Source: Tardiphaga sp. (lineage in GTDB: Bacteria > Pseudomonadota > Alphaproteobacteria > Rhizobiales > Xanthobacteraceae). From it: a DNA stretch of 32,000 nucleotides. The translations under genes and the position numbers were made by a program. The notes below the pieces were generated by a model. That model made no database searches, had not been told where the DNA came from, and worked only from the letters and a program-made list of their open reading frames with translations. Positions 5,974 through 16,077 of the stretch are shown here, piece by piece. Numbering within the stretch: the stretch's first letter is position 1; every line of letters starts with the position of its first letter. Where the stretch lies: assembly GCF_044336785.1 (NCBI RefSeq), contig NZ_JBIIOT010000004.1, forward strand, positions 1 through 32,000, given 5' to 3'.

Positions 5974-8766
5974 TCAGTAGTGAACCGACGCCCCCATCGC
6001 ACCGGACTTCGGCGGTGCGAACTTGGTGAGGTCGATGCCTTCCACCGCAGCCTTGTATTCTTCCGCGCTGGGCGTGCGGCCGAGGATGGCGGCCAGCACC
6101 ACGACCGGGGTCGAGGCGAGCAGCGACTCGCCCTTCTTCTCGGCGGTGTCTTCCACCACGCGGCCCTGGAACAGGCGGGTCGAGGTGGCGAGGACGGTGT
6201 CGCCCTTCTCGGCCTTTTCCTGGTTGCCCATGCACAGGTTGCAGCCGGGACGCTCGAGATACAGGATGTTCTCGTAGGACGTACGGTTCGCCGTCTTCGG
6301 CTTCACGTCGTCGAATTCGAAGCCCGAATACTTCTGCAGGATTTCCCAGTCACCTTCGGCCTTCAGCTCGTCGATGATGTTGTAGGTGGGCGCCGCCACG
6401 ACCAGCGGCGCGTTGAACGCCACCTTGCCTTCGGTCTTCTCGATATTCTTCAGCATCTGGGCGACGATCTTCATGTCGCCCTTGTGCACCATGCACGAGC
6501 CGACGAAGCCGAGATCGACCTTCTTGGTGCCGCCGTAATAGGAGATCGGGCGGATCGTGTCGTGCGTATAGCGACGCGACACGTCGGCATTGTTGACGTC
6601 GGGATCGGCGATCATCGGCTCGTCGATGATGTCGAGATCGACGACGACTTCGGCGAAATACTTCGCATTCGCATCCGGCGTCAGCGCGGGCTTTTCGCCC
6701 GAGCGGATTTCGGCGATGCGCGCATCGGCCTTGGCGATCAGGCCCTTCAGCGTGCCCGCGGCATTCTCCATGCCTTTGTCGATCATGATCTGGATGCGCG
6801 ACTTGGCGATCTCCAGCGACTCGATCAGCGTCGCGTCCTGCGAGATGCAGATCGACGCCTTGGCCTTCATCTCGGCCGTCCAGTCGGTGAAGGTGAAGGC
6901 CTGGTCGGCCAGCAGCGTGCCGATATGGACTTCGATGATGCGGCCCTGGAAGACGTTGTCGCCGCACTGCTGCAGCATCTGCGCCTGGGTCGCATGCACG
7001 ACGTCGCGGAAGTCCATATAGGGCTTCATCGCGCCCTTGAAGGTGACCTTGACGGATTGCGGGATCGGCATGGTGGCTTCGCCCGTCGCCAGCGCGAGCG
7101 CCACGGTGCCGCTATCGGCACCGAAGGCGACGCCCTTCGACATGCGGGTGTGGCTGTCGCCGCCGATGATGATCGCCCAGTCATCCACGGTGATGTCGTT
7201 CAGCACCTTGTGGATGACGTCCGTCATCGCATGATAGACGCCCTTCGGGTCGCGCGCGGTGATGACGCCGAAATTGTTCATGAAGCCCATGAGCTTCGGG
7301 ATGTTCACCTGGGCCTTCTTGTCCCACACCGAGGCGGTGTGACAGCCCGACTGATAGGCGCCGTCCACGAGCGGCGAGATGACGGTGGCCGCCATCGCTT
7401 CCAGTTCCTGCGCGGTCATCAGGCCGGTGGTGTCCTGCGAGCCGACGATGTTCACCTTCACGCGCACGTCGGAGCCGGCATGCAGCACCTTGCCCGGCGT
7501 GACGCCGACAGCATTGCGGTTGAAGATCTTCTCCACCGCGGTCAGGCCCTGGCCCTCGACAGTGATTTCCTTGTTCGGCGCGAACACCGGGGTGGCTTCG
7601 ACGCCGAGCGTTTCGGCGGCAAAGGTCTGCAGCTTCTTGCCGAACACGATGGCGTAGGACGAGCCCGCCTTCATGAACTCCATCTTCTGCGGCGTGAAGG
7701 CAGCGGCCACGTCCACCAGCTCCTTGCCGGTCTCGTCGCGCAGCTTCTTGGCCTTGGCGTCGAGCTTCAGCACGGTGCCGGTCTCGACCGAATATTTCTG
7801 CTCGAGGATCGGGTTGCCCTCGTTGTTGAGCACGGGCTTGCCGTCCTCACCGAGCTTCTTGACCCAGTTCTTCAGGTTGACGCCGATGCCGCCGGTGACG
7901 TCCACGGTGGTCGCGAAGATCGGCGAGATGCCGTTGGTGCCGGCGACGACCGGGGCGAAGTTCACGAAAGGCACATAGGGGCTGGCCTGCTTGCCGGTCC
8001 ACAGCGCCACGTTGTTGACGCCGGACATGCGCGACGAGCCGACGCCCATGGTGCCCTTCTCGGCAATCATCATCACGCGCTTGTCCGGATGCGCTTTCTG
8101 CAGCGCGACGATCTCCTGCTGCGCTTCCGGCGTGATCATGCACTGGCCGTGCAGCTCACGATCCGAACGCGAATGCGCCTGGTTGCCGGGCGACAAGAGG
8201 TCGGTCGAGATATCGCCTTCGGCGGCGATATAGGTGACGACCTTGATCTCGTCTTCGACATCCGGAAGCTTGGTGAAGAACTCGGCCTTGGCGTAGCTTT
8301 CCAGCACATCCTTGGCGACGGCATTGCCGGCCTTGTAGGCGTCGCGCAGGCGGAACATGTCGGCGTCGTACAGGAAGACCTGGGTCTTCAGGACTTCACC
8401 CGCCTGCTTGGCCAGCGCGGCGTCCTTGCCGAGCGTCACATCGAGCAGCACGCCGATCGAGGGTCCGCCCTTCATGTGCGACAGCAATTCCAGCGCGAAG
8501 GTCGGGGTGATCTCGGGGACGATCGCCTCGCCGAGAATGATCTGCTTGAGGAAGGCAGCCTTGGCGCCTGCGGCGCTCGTGGTGCCCGGCAGGGTGTTGT
8601 AGATGAAGAATTTCAGGGCGCCGGCGCGGAATTCGCTGCCTGAGTCCTTGATGAGGGCGATGATCTCGCTGGTGAGCGCGCCATCGTCGATCGGCTTGGG
8701 AGCGAGGTTCTGAGCTTTCCGGCTTTCGATCTCGGCGAGGTAATCTGAATACAGGCTCATCGTCAT
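5974..8766 (-). CDS. acnB: aconitate hydratase B family (bifunctional aconitase 2 / 2-methylisocitrate dehydratase type)
   Basis: Collinear with E. coli AcnB as recalled: N-terminal ...YLAEIESRKAQNLAPKPID, VGSQDTTGLMT, GGDSHTR, FVGSCMVH, PGCNLCMGNQ. Start taken at MTMSLY (8766) or MSLY (8760) rather than the ORF-track start at 8808. Confidence 0.9.
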   Translation of the reverse strand: MTMSLYSDYLAEIESRKAQNLAPKPIDDGALTSEIIALIKDSGSEFRAGALKFFIYNTLPGTTSAAGAKAAFLKQIILGEAIVPEITPTFALELLSHMKGGPSIGVLLDVTLGKDAALAKQAGEVLKTQVFLYDADMFRLRDAYKAGNAVAKDVLESYAKAEFFTKLPDVEDEIKVVTYIAAEGDISTDLLSPGNQAHSRSDRELHGQCMITPEAQQEIVALQKAHPDKRVMMIAEKGTMGVGSSRMSGVNNVALWTGKQASPYVPFVNFAPVVAGTNGISPIFATTVDVTGGIGVNLKNWVKKLGEDGKPVLNNEGNPILEQKYSVETGTVLKLDAKAKKLRDETGKELVDVAAAFTPQKMEFMKAGSSYAIVFGKKLQTFAAETLGVEATPVFAPNKEITVEGQGLTAVEKIFNRNAVGVTPGKVLHAGSDVRVKVNIVGSQDTTGLMTAQELEAMAATVISPLVDGAYQSGCHTASVWDKKAQVNIPKLMGFMNNFGVITARDPKGVYHAMTDVIHKVLNDITVDDWAIIIGGDSHTRMSKGVAFGADSGTVALALATGEATMPIPQSVKVTFKGAMKPYMDFRDVVHATQAQMLQQCGDNVFQGRIIEVHIGTLLADQAFTFTDWTAEMKAKASICISQDATLIESLEIAKSRIQIMIDKGMENAAGTLKGLIAKADARIAEIRSGEKPALTPDANAKYFAEVVVDLDIIDEPMIADPDVNNADVSRRYTHDTIRPISYYGGTKKVDLGFVGSCMVHKGDMKIVAQMLKNIEKTEGKVAFNAPLVVAAPTYNIIDELKAEGDWEILQKYSGFEFDDVKPKTANRTSYENILYLERPGCNLCMGNQEKAEKGDTVLATSTRLFQGRVVEDTAEKKGESLLASTPVVVLAAILGRTPSAEEYKAAVEGIDLTKFAPPKSGAMGASVHY

Positions 8767-9058
8767 CCCAACGTCATGAGGCGGTTGACGCTGGAAACGC
8801 AGCGCCACCTGCCGTTCTTGTTAAAACCGGTCTAAAGGCGAATTCGGCTTCGAGTACGTCAATCAGGGCTGACTGACAAGATACTGCATTGCGGTAAAAA
8901 TAGTCCTTTAAAATCAGGTTTCAACGGTGTGGACGATGGTGTCGCAGGGGGCGGATGGCGAGCGGCACAACCGAGTTATGCGGCGCCCGGAATCGGAGGT
9001 TGATCGGCGGCACACGTTGCTGCCGACAACCTCTCCGGCTCCCGCTGGAATTATTTAA

Positions 9059-9342
<284 letters not shown>

Positions 9343-9343
<1 letters not shown>

Positions 9344-9768
9344 TGCTCTATCTGGACACGTCGCTCGTCGTCGCGGCGCTTTCCAACGAAGCCATGACCT
9401 CACGCGTCCAGCACTGGCTTGCCGAACAGGACCCCGCGCAGCTTCTGATCAGCGACTGGACCATCACCGAGATGTCTTCGGCTTTTGCCTTGAAGCTGCG
9501 CAGCTCGCAGATCAATCCGGAGCAACGTGCGGCGGCACTGGCGATGTTCAACAGGCTCGTGGTTGATAGTTTGACGGTGTTACCCGTGACGGGCTCACAC
9601 TTCCGGACGGCAGCACGGTTTGTTGATCAACACACACTGGGGCTTCGCGCGGGCGATGCGCTGCATCTTGCAGTCGCCGCGGAGCATGGCGCCAAGGTGC
9701 AGACGCTGGATCAGCGATTAGCTGCGGCCGGACCGGTGCTGGGTGTGCCGACACAGTTAATCACGTGA
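9343..9768 (+). CDS. vapC: PIN-domain toxin, VapC family
   Basis: 141 aa. [10 protein letters not shown]... (Asp5), ITEMSS (Glu), GDALHLAVA and TLDQRL acidic residues in PIN order. The start overlaps the antitoxin stop (TGATG). Confidence 0.85.
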
Positions 9769-9843
9769 CGACAAGGCTTCCCACCTTTCGCTAATCCCAC
9801 CCACACTCGATCGCCCCCGACGGGTTGCTGGCGTTGAAAAATG

Positions 9844-9870
9844 ATAGCAATCTGGCTATTGTGATATCAC
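9844..9870. promoter_or_regulatory. two palindromes (ATAGC-N6-GCTAT; GTGATATCAC), candidate operator of the second TA module
   Basis: 9844-9859 is an inverted repeat and 9861-9870 is a perfect 10-bp palindrome. They lie 19-45 nt upstream of the RHH antitoxin ATG (9889); the RBS GGAGG is at 9878-9882. Confidence 0.3.
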
Positions 9871-9888
9871 TCGCAATGGAGGCTCATC

Positions 9889-10143
9889 ATGCCGGCCGTC
9901 ACGATCAGGAACCTGTCCGACGCCACGCACCGCGCGCTGAAAGCGCGGGCCGAGCAGCATGGCCGCAGCACAGAGGCCGAAATTCGCCACATCCTTGAGA
10001 CTGTGGTCCGTCCGGATGAACGCCTCCGGCTTGGCAGCGCAATTGCGGACATCAGCCGTCGTCAGGGACTGACCGACGCGGAAGCCGAAGCGCTCAGTCG
10101 GACCCGCGACCGAACGCCAGCCAAACCGATGAGCTTCGAGTGA
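9889..10143 (+). CDS. ribbon-helix-helix (FitA/StbC/Arc-like) antitoxin
   Basis: MPAVTIRNLSDATHRALKARAEQHGRSTEAEIRHILE is a canonical RHH antitoxin N-terminus. 84 aa. Confidence 0.8.
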   Translation: MPAVTIRNLSDATHRALKARAEQHGRSTEAEIRHILETVVRPDERLRLGSAIADISRRQGLTDAEAEALSRTRDRTPAKPMSFE

Positions 10144-10562
10144 TCCTTCTCGACACGAACGTCGTGTCCGAGGTGATGAAGCTATCACCCGACAAGACCG
10201 TGCGGGCGTGGCTTGATGAACAGATAGCTGAAACGTTTTTTCTGTCGAGCATCACCGCCGCCGAATTGATGTTCGGAATTGGCGTCCTTCCCAATGGCAA
10301 GCGAAAGAACGAACTGACGGCCATTCTGGATGGAATCATCAAGCTGTTCGAAAATCGCATTCTGCCATTCGACACCGCAGCCGCACGACACTACGCCGAG
10401 CTCACTGTCAAAGCTCGCGCGGTCGGCAAAGGTTTTCCGACACCCGATGGCTATATCGCATCGATCGCTGCGTCGCACGGCTTTGCCGTCGCCACGCGTG
10501 ATCCTAGTGCGTTCAATGCGGCTGGGCTGAGGGTCATCGATCCGTGGAAGACGGAGCGTTGA
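10140..10562 (+). CDS. vapC: PIN-domain toxin, VapC/FitB family
   Basis: 140 aa. MILLDTNVVSEVMK (Asp5), ITAAELMFG (Glu), DGYIASIA and ATRD acidic residues. The GTG start overlaps the antitoxin stop (GTGA). Confidence 0.85.
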   Translation: MILLDTNVVSEVMKLSPDKTVRAWLDEQIAETFFLSSITAAELMFGIGVLPNGKRKNELTAILDGIIKLFENRILPFDTAAARHYAELTVKARAVGKGFPTPDGYIASIAASHGFAVATRDPSAFNAAGLRVIDPWKTER

Positions 10563-10585
10563 CGCCCCGCTTCACACACATCAAA

Positions 10586-12193
10586 TCACTCCCACTCGAT
10601 CGTCCCCGGCGGCTTCGAGGTGATGTCGTACACCACGCGGTTCACGCCCTTCACCTCGTTGATGATGCGTGTCGCCGTCTCGCCCAGGAACTTCATGTCG
10701 AACGCATAGAAGTCCGCGGTCATGCCGTCCGTTGACGTCACCGCACGCAGGCCGACGACGTATTCATAGGTGCGGCCGTCGCCCATCACGCCGACGGTCT
10801 TCACCGGGAGCAGCACGGCGAAGGCCTGCCAGATGGTGTCGTACAAACCAGCCTTGCGGATCTGGTCGATATAGACGGCGTCGGCCTCGCGCAGGATGTC
10901 GAGCTTCTCAAGGGTGATCTCGCCGGGGCAGCGGATGGCGAGGCCGGGGCCCGGGAACGGGTGGCGGCCGACAAAAATATCGGGCAGACCGAGTTCGCGG
11001 CCGAGATCGCGCACTTCGTCCTTGAACAGTTCGCGCAGCGGCTCGACCAGCTTCATGTTCATGCGCGCGGGAAGACCGCCAACATTGTGATGCGACTTGA
11101 TGGTCACCGACGGGCCGCCGGTGAAGGAGACGCTCTCGATCACGTCGGGATACAGCGTGCCTTGTGCCAGGAAATCGGCGCCGCCGATCTTCTTGGCCTC
11201 GGCATCGAACACGTCGATGAACAGACGGCCGATGGTCTTGCGCTTCACTTCGGGATCGGTGACGCCTTCGAGTTCGCCGAGAAACTGTTTTGACGCATCC
11301 ACATGGACCAGCGGGATATTGTAGTGGCCGCGGAACAGATCGACGACGGTCTTGCCCTCGTCCTTGCGCAGCATGCCGTGATCGACGAACACGCAAGTGA
11401 GCTGATCGCCGATCGCTTCATGGATCAGCACGGCAGCGACTGCGCTATCCACGCCGCCGGAGAGGCCGCAGATCACTTTGCCCTTGCCGACCTGGGCGCG
11501 GATCTTCTCGACCGCTTCCTCGCGGAAGGCGCGCATGGTCCAGTCGCCGGTGAACCCGGCAACTTTTCGCACGAAATTGCGGATGATCTTTGCGCCGTCC
11601 GGCGTATGCGCGACTTCCGGATGGAATTGCATCGCATAGAATTTGCGGACGTCGTCGGCGATCACCGAGATCGGCGAGCCCGGCGCCTTGGCCACGCCGC
11701 GAAAACCGTCCGGCAGTTTGGTGACGCGGTCGCCATGGCTCATCCAGACGTCGTATTTGCCGCCCTTCTCCCACACGCCTTCGAACAGCGGGCAGTCGTC
11801 GGTGATCTCGATGGTGGCGCGGCCGAATTCGCGGTGATGGCCGCCCTCGACGGTGCCGCCGAGCTGCTGTGCCATGGTCTGCTCGCCATAGCAGATGCCG
11901 AGCACCGGCACGCCGGCGGTGAGGATCGACAGCGGCACCGAGGGTGCATCCTTGTCGAGCACCGAGGCCGGGCCACCGGACAGGATCACGGCTTTCGGCT
12001 TCATCTCGGCAAAGGCGGCTTCCGCCTTGTTGAACGGGACGATCTCGGAATAAACGCCGTCCTCGCGCACCCGGCGCGCGATCAGCTGCGTCACCTGGGA
12101 GCCGAAATCGACGATCAGAATCTTGTCATGCTCGGCACCCACATGGGCGGAGTGGGCCGAGGACGGAAGGGCGGATGTGCTGGGGGCTGTCAT
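10586..12193 (-). CDS. guaA: glutamine-hydrolysing GMP synthase
   Basis: 535 aa. GATase-1 domain ([32 protein letters not shown]), ATP-PPase SGGVDS motif, and the C-terminal ...KPPGTIEWE typical of GuaA. Confidence 0.95.
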   Translation of the reverse strand: MTAPSTSALPSSAHSAHVGAEHDKILIVDFGSQVTQLIARRVREDGVYSEIVPFNKAEAAFAEMKPKAVILSGGPASVLDKDAPSVPLSILTAGVPVLGICYGEQTMAQQLGGTVEGGHHREFGRATIEITDDCPLFEGVWEKGGKYDVWMSHGDRVTKLPDGFRGVAKAPGSPISVIADDVRKFYAMQFHPEVAHTPDGAKIIRNFVRKVAGFTGDWTMRAFREEAVEKIRAQVGKGKVICGLSGGVDSAVAAVLIHEAIGDQLTCVFVDHGMLRKDEGKTVVDLFRGHYNIPLVHVDASKQFLGELEGVTDPEVKRKTIGRLFIDVFDAEAKKIGGADFLAQGTLYPDVIESVSFTGGPSVTIKSHHNVGGLPARMNMKLVEPLRELFKDEVRDLGRELGLPDIFVGRHPFPGPGLAIRCPGEITLEKLDILREADAVYIDQIRKAGLYDTIWQAFAVLLPVKTVGVMGDGRTYEYVVGLRAVTSTDGMTADFYAFDMKFLGETATRIINEVKGVNRVVYDITSKPPGTIEWE

Positions 12194-12259
12194 AGCGAGG
12201 AATTACGCGACGAGAGGCGCGTTCGCAAGGGTTGCGTGCCGCATCGCACAGGCAGCAGT

Positions 12260-12366
12260 TCCCTCTCCCGCTCTTGCGGGGGAGGGTTAGGGTGGGGGTG
12301 CCTCCGCAGGCTCCGGAGCTTGGGGCTGCCCCCACCCCGGCCCTCCCCCGCAAGCGGGAGAGGGAG
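12260..12366. repeat. REP-like palindromic element (tccctctcccgc...gcgggagaggga family)
   Basis: The left arm tccctctcccgctcttgcgggggagggttagggtggggg is complementary, imperfectly, to the right arm cccccaccccggccctcccccgcaagcgggagaggga. Intergenic between guaA and the SulP gene. Confidence 0.8.
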
Positions 12367-12377
12367 AAGAATACAGC

Positions 12378-13862
12378 CTAGTGCCTGGCCGCGCCCAAAG
12401 CGGCGCCTGCTTTGTCATGCGTACCCAGTCTGTCCACCAGGGTGCGGGTCGCCTCGTTCATGCCGATGAGCTCGACCGGGATACCGTGGTGGCGGAACTT
12501 GAGGACCACCCGGTCCAGCGCATTGACGCTGGTGAGGTCCCAGAAATGCGCCGCCGACAGGTCGATCACCACGCCCTTGAGGTCCTCCTCGCGGAAATCG
12601 AAGGCGGTGTGGAAGGCCTCGGATGTGGCAAAGAAGATCTGGCCGGTGACGGTATAGGTCCGAACCGCCGTCTCCTCCGCGCGACCGGACGAGACGCCGA
12701 ACAGCTTTGTCACCTTGTGCGCAAAGAACAGCCCACTGAGGATCACGCCAAACAGCACGCCCTTGGCGAGATCATGGGTGGCCACCACGACCACGACAGT
12801 CCCCAGCATGACCACGCTGGATGATTTCGGATGGGTCAGCAGCGTGCGGACCGACTTCCACTGGAACGTGTTGATCGACACCATGATCATGACAGCGACC
12901 AGCGCCGCCATCGGGATCTGCGCCACATAGGGCCCGAGCACGACGATCAGGAACAGCAGGAAGGCCCCGGCCCAGAATGTCGAAAGCCGTCCGCGCCCGC
13001 CGGAGGAGACATTGATCACCGACTGGCCGATCATCGCGCAGCCAGCCATGCCGCCGAAGAAGCCCGAAGCGATATTGGCCGCGCCCTGCCCGGCGCATTC
13101 GCGGTTCTTGTTGGATGTCGTGTCGGTCATCTCGTCGATGATGGCCGCGGTCATCAGGCTTTCCAGCAGGCCGACCATGGCGATGGCGAAGGAGGTCGGG
13201 AAGATGATGCGCAGTGTCTCCCACGTGAACGGCACCTGCGGCAGCGCGAAGAACGGCAGCTCGCTCGGCAGCGCGCCCATGTCGCCGACGGTGCGGATGC
13301 CGAAGCCGAAATACATGGACGCCGCGGTGAGCAGCACGATGGTGACCAGCGGCGATGGCACGGCTTTGGTGATATAAGGCAGACCATAGATGATCACGAG
13401 GCCGATGGCGGTCATTGCGTAGACCGTGGTGCCGCGGCCAAGAAGCTCGGGCATCTGCGCCATGAAGATCAGGATCGCCAGCGCATTGACGAAGCCGGTC
13501 ACCACCGAGCGCGACACGAACCGCATCAGGGTGCCGAGCCGCATCAGGCTGGCGATGATCTGGATCACGCCGGTCAGGATGGTCGCGGCAAACAGGTAGT
13601 TGATGCCGTGCTCCTTGACGAGACCGACCATCAGCAGCGCCGTGGCGCCGGTCGCCGCCGAGATCATCGCCGGCCGGCCGCCGGCAAAGGCGGACACGAC
13701 GGCGATACAGAACGAGGCATAGAGGCCGAGCCTGGGATCGACGCCGGCGATGATCGAGAACGCGATGGCTTCGGGAATAAGTGCGAGGGCCACGACGGTG
13801 CCCGCGAGCAATTCACGGGTGACATTCGGAGCCCATTCGCTCCGCAAATGAACCATATCCAT
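12378..13862 (-). CDS. SulP-family inorganic anion transporter with C-terminal STAS domain
   Basis: About 495-503 aa and polytopic ([12 protein letters not shown], multiple TM segments). The C-terminal STAS-like region is ...[15 protein letters not shown]...[17 protein letters not shown]. Start uncertain: 13889, 13862 or 13856. Confidence 0.85.
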   Translation of the reverse strand: MDMVHLRSEWAPNVTRELLAGTVVALALIPEAIAFSIIAGVDPRLGLYASFCIAVVSAFAGGRPAMISAATGATALLMVGLVKEHGINYLFAATILTGVIQIIASLMRLGTLMRFVSRSVVTGFVNALAILIFMAQMPELLGRGTTVYAMTAIGLVIIYGLPYITKAVPSPLVTIVLLTAASMYFGFGIRTVGDMGALPSELPFFALPQVPFTWETLRIIFPTSFAIAMVGLLESLMTAAIIDEMTDTTSNKNRECAGQGAANIASGFFGGMAGCAMIGQSVINVSSGGRGRLSTFWAGAFLLFLIVVLGPYVAQIPMAALVAVMIMVSINTFQWKSVRTLLTHPKSSSVVMLGTVVVVVATHDLAKGVLFGVILSGLFFAHKVTKLFGVSSGRAEETAVRTYTVTGQIFFATSEAFHTAFDFREEDLKGVVIDLSAAHFWDLTSVNALDRVVLKFRHHGIPVELIGMNEATRTLVDRLGTHDKAGAALGAARH

Positions 13863-14067
13863 GGTGATGTTTGAACTTTCTTGTCTCACACGCGAGAGCG
13901 TATGAGGCGCGCAAAAGGGCGAACGGCCGCGATGCGGTCCGTATATGGCAGCCAGGATTTTGCGTTGTCCGGCGGGTCGGCGGCCGGAAGAGCCACCCGG
14001 ATTTGCACCGGGTCCGGTGGATTGGGTGGAGAGTAACGGAGACGGTGATGCGGCGCAATGCAGTCGC

Positions 14068-14169
14068 GTAGGATGGGTTGAGCGCAGCGATACCCATCAC
14101 CCCAAGCACCGGAGCATGCGGTGATGGGTATCGCTCAGGCGCTGCGCACCTAAGCTCAACCCGTCCTAC
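14068..14169. repeat. REP-like nested palindrome (gtaggatgggttgagcg family), complete copy
   Basis: The outer arms gtaggatgggttgagc (14068-14083) and gctcaacccgtcctac (14154-14169) have one mismatch. The inner arms gcgatacccatcacc and ggtgatgggtatcgc also pair. Related copies lie at 28305-28351 and 31932-32000. Confidence 0.85.
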
Positions 14170-14172
14170 AAA

Positions 14173-15474
14173 TTACGCAGAGCGCTTCAGCACCGACACG
14201 AAAAATCCGTCCGTCCCCGTCTTCCGCGGCGTCATCAGCAGGCCTTCGGGCGACTGATAGACCGCGGCCGCAAAATCATCCGCGCGCTCCCACAGTGACG
14301 AGATCACCTGCTCCGGTGGCACCACCGCAAAGCCGGACTGCCGCGCGAGAAAAGCCTTCACCTGCTCGCGGTTTTCCTGCGGCAGCACTGAACAAGTGAC
14401 ATAAGCGATCCGTCCGCCCGGCTTCACGAACTGCACCGCGCGGTCGAGCACCTCCCGCTGGTCCTTGATGCGAACTTCGAGTGCACCCGGCCGCATGCGC
14501 CATTTGGCGTCGGGATTGCGGCGCCAGGTGCCAGTGCCCGTGCATGGCGCATCGATCAGCACGAGATCGGCGGAGGCGCGGATGTCGGCGAGCGGATCCT
14601 CGTCGCCCTTCGGCGTGCGGATATCGGCATTGTGGATGCCCGCGCGGGACAGCCGCTCATGGATGGGCGCCAGCTGGCGCTTGTCGGCATCGGTGGCAAT
14701 GAGGCGGCCCTTGCCCTGCATCATCGCGCCGAGCGCCAAGGTCTTGCCACCGGCGCCGGCACAGAGATCGATGACCTGCTCGCCGGGCTTGGCGCCGGAG
14801 AACAGCGCCGCGAGTTGCGAGCCCTCGTCCTGCACCTCGATGCCGCCCTTGATGAAATCTTCTTCGGCATTGATGCCCGGATTGCGCGCATCGGCGCCCA
14901 GCGCGATGCGCAGGCCGAGCAGCGACCACGGCGTCGCGGTGGCACCGAGATGCTTCAAGGAAGCGAGCGCCTTCTCGCGATTGCTCTTCAGCGTGTTGAC
15001 GCGCAGGTCGAGCGGTGCGCGGCTGGCCATCGCGACGGCTTCGGCCACGCGCTCATCGCCGAACACATCGGCAAGCTGGCTGTCGAGCCATTCCGGATAA
15101 TCGCCAGCGATGTGAGCGGGCGCGCCTTCGGCCGTCCGCGTCTCCAGCGCCTTGCGCTCGGCATCGCTGAGCGGCTCCGGCGCAAAACGGCTGCCGTCGC
15201 ATAGGACGGCGATCGCCTCGGCATCCATGCCGCGTTCGAGCTTGAGCATGCCGAGCACGCGCGCACGCGAGCTATCATCCTCCATCACCCACGCGCTCGA
15301 GGCGCGCCGGCGCAGCACGTCCCAGACCAGGCCGGCGATGCCGGCGCGATCGCCGGAGCCCGCGAAACGATGCGCGGTGCCCCACTCCTTCAGCGCCTTG
15401 GCGGCGGGAATCCGCTGGGTATCGATGGCGTCGATGACCTCGATGGCAGCAGTCAGGCGGGCGGCGGGCGTCAT
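14173..15474 (-). CDS. rsmB: RsmB/Sun-family 16S rRNA cytosine-C5 methyltransferase
   Basis: 433 aa. SAM motif DLCAGAGGKT, catalytic DAPCTGTGTWRRNPD, and a NusB-like N-terminal region. Confidence 0.85.
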   Translation of the reverse strand: MTPAARLTAAIEVIDAIDTQRIPAAKALKEWGTAHRFAGSGDRAGIAGLVWDVLRRRASSAWVMEDDSSRARVLGMLKLERGMDAEAIAVLCDGSRFAPEPLSDAERKALETRTAEGAPAHIAGDYPEWLDSQLADVFGDERVAEAVAMASRAPLDLRVNTLKSNREKALASLKHLGATATPWSLLGLRIALGADARNPGINAEEDFIKGGIEVQDEGSQLAALFSGAKPGEQVIDLCAGAGGKTLALGAMMQGKGRLIATDADKRQLAPIHERLSRAGIHNADIRTPKGDEDPLADIRASADLVLIDAPCTGTGTWRRNPDAKWRMRPGALEVRIKDQREVLDRAVQFVKPGGRIAYVTCSVLPQENREQVKAFLARQSGFAVVPPEQVISSLWERADDFAAAVYQSPEGLLMTPRKTGTDGFFVSVLKRSA

Positions 15475-15516
15475 GGCAAACTTTCAAGTCCGGAGAATCG
15501 GCGCCGCCCCGAGGCC

Positions 15517-15867
15517 TCACAGCAGGAGCAGCATCCGCAGGGCGAAGTAGAACCACATGGCCAGCAATACAAGCGCGCTGGCGATCCAGGCCTGCGATCC
15601 CCTGTTGGCGGCGAAGAAACCAGCCCCCACGAAACGGGCCACCACGAACACCCAGGACAGGCAGACCAGCGCCAGATCGATCTTCCGCAGCGGCAGGCCG
15701 AGGGCAATCAGGGAATAGAACAGCAGATCGAGCTGCGGCGCGGTATTCGGCAACTCACGGGCGTCATTGCGCCCGACGCCACCGCTGCGCAGGCCGGTGA
15801 CGAAGAACATGCCGAGCGTGATCGCGACAAGCACGAAAACCGGCAGCAGAACCATTTGGACAGACAT
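15517..15867 (-). CDS. small integral membrane protein (possibly MAPEG-like)
   Basis: 116 aa from ATG 15867 (MSVQMVLLPVFVLVAITLG...), with AAGGGA 6 nt upstream. Three to four hydrophobic segments. The ORF-track N-terminal extension to 16014 only translates a REP element (VPAFAGTT). Confidence 0.6.
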   Translation of the reverse strand: MSVQMVLLPVFVLVAITLGMFFVTGLRSGGVGRNDARELPNTAPQLDLLFYSLIALGLPLRKIDLALVCLSWVFVVARFVGAGFFAANRGSQAWIASALVLLAMWFYFALRMLLLL

Positions 15868-15949
15868 TGGAATTCCCTTGAGCCCGCCAGCGATACGCCG
15901 GCTTCCGGGAACTGGAACCCGCGAGCATGGGCCTGGGTTCCATCCGCCT

Positions 15950-16074
15950 GTCGTCCCCGCGAAAGCGGGGACCCATAACCTCCGAGTAAGTGGCGGCGGC
16001 ACAGGCCGAGCCACACCGGCTACATTTCAATTATGCCGACAGCGTATATGGGTCCCCGCTTTCGCGGGGATGAC
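15950..16074. repeat. pair of inverted 28-bp REP hairpin units (gggtccccgctttcgcgggga family)
   Basis: The reverse complement of gtcgtccccgcgaaagcggggacccata (15950-15977) matches tatgggtccccgctttcgcggggatgac (16047-16074) at 27 of 28 positions. Each unit is itself a hairpin. Confidence 0.85.
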
Positions 16075-16077
16075 GGA

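Noticed and set aside
5980-8643. 887-aa ORF on the plus strand
   Set aside because: It lies entirely antisense to the well-supported acnB gene. The translation is dominated by R/G/H/D/A/L runs with no motifs. This is the classic shadow ORF produced by the stop-codon-poor antisense frame of a high-GC gene.
11303-13874. Long plus-strand ORFs (11303-12469 and 12831-13874)
   Set aside because: They are antisense to guaA and the SulP transporter respectively. One reads straight through the REP element at 12260-12366. Both are R/G/D/H-rich with no recognisable domains.
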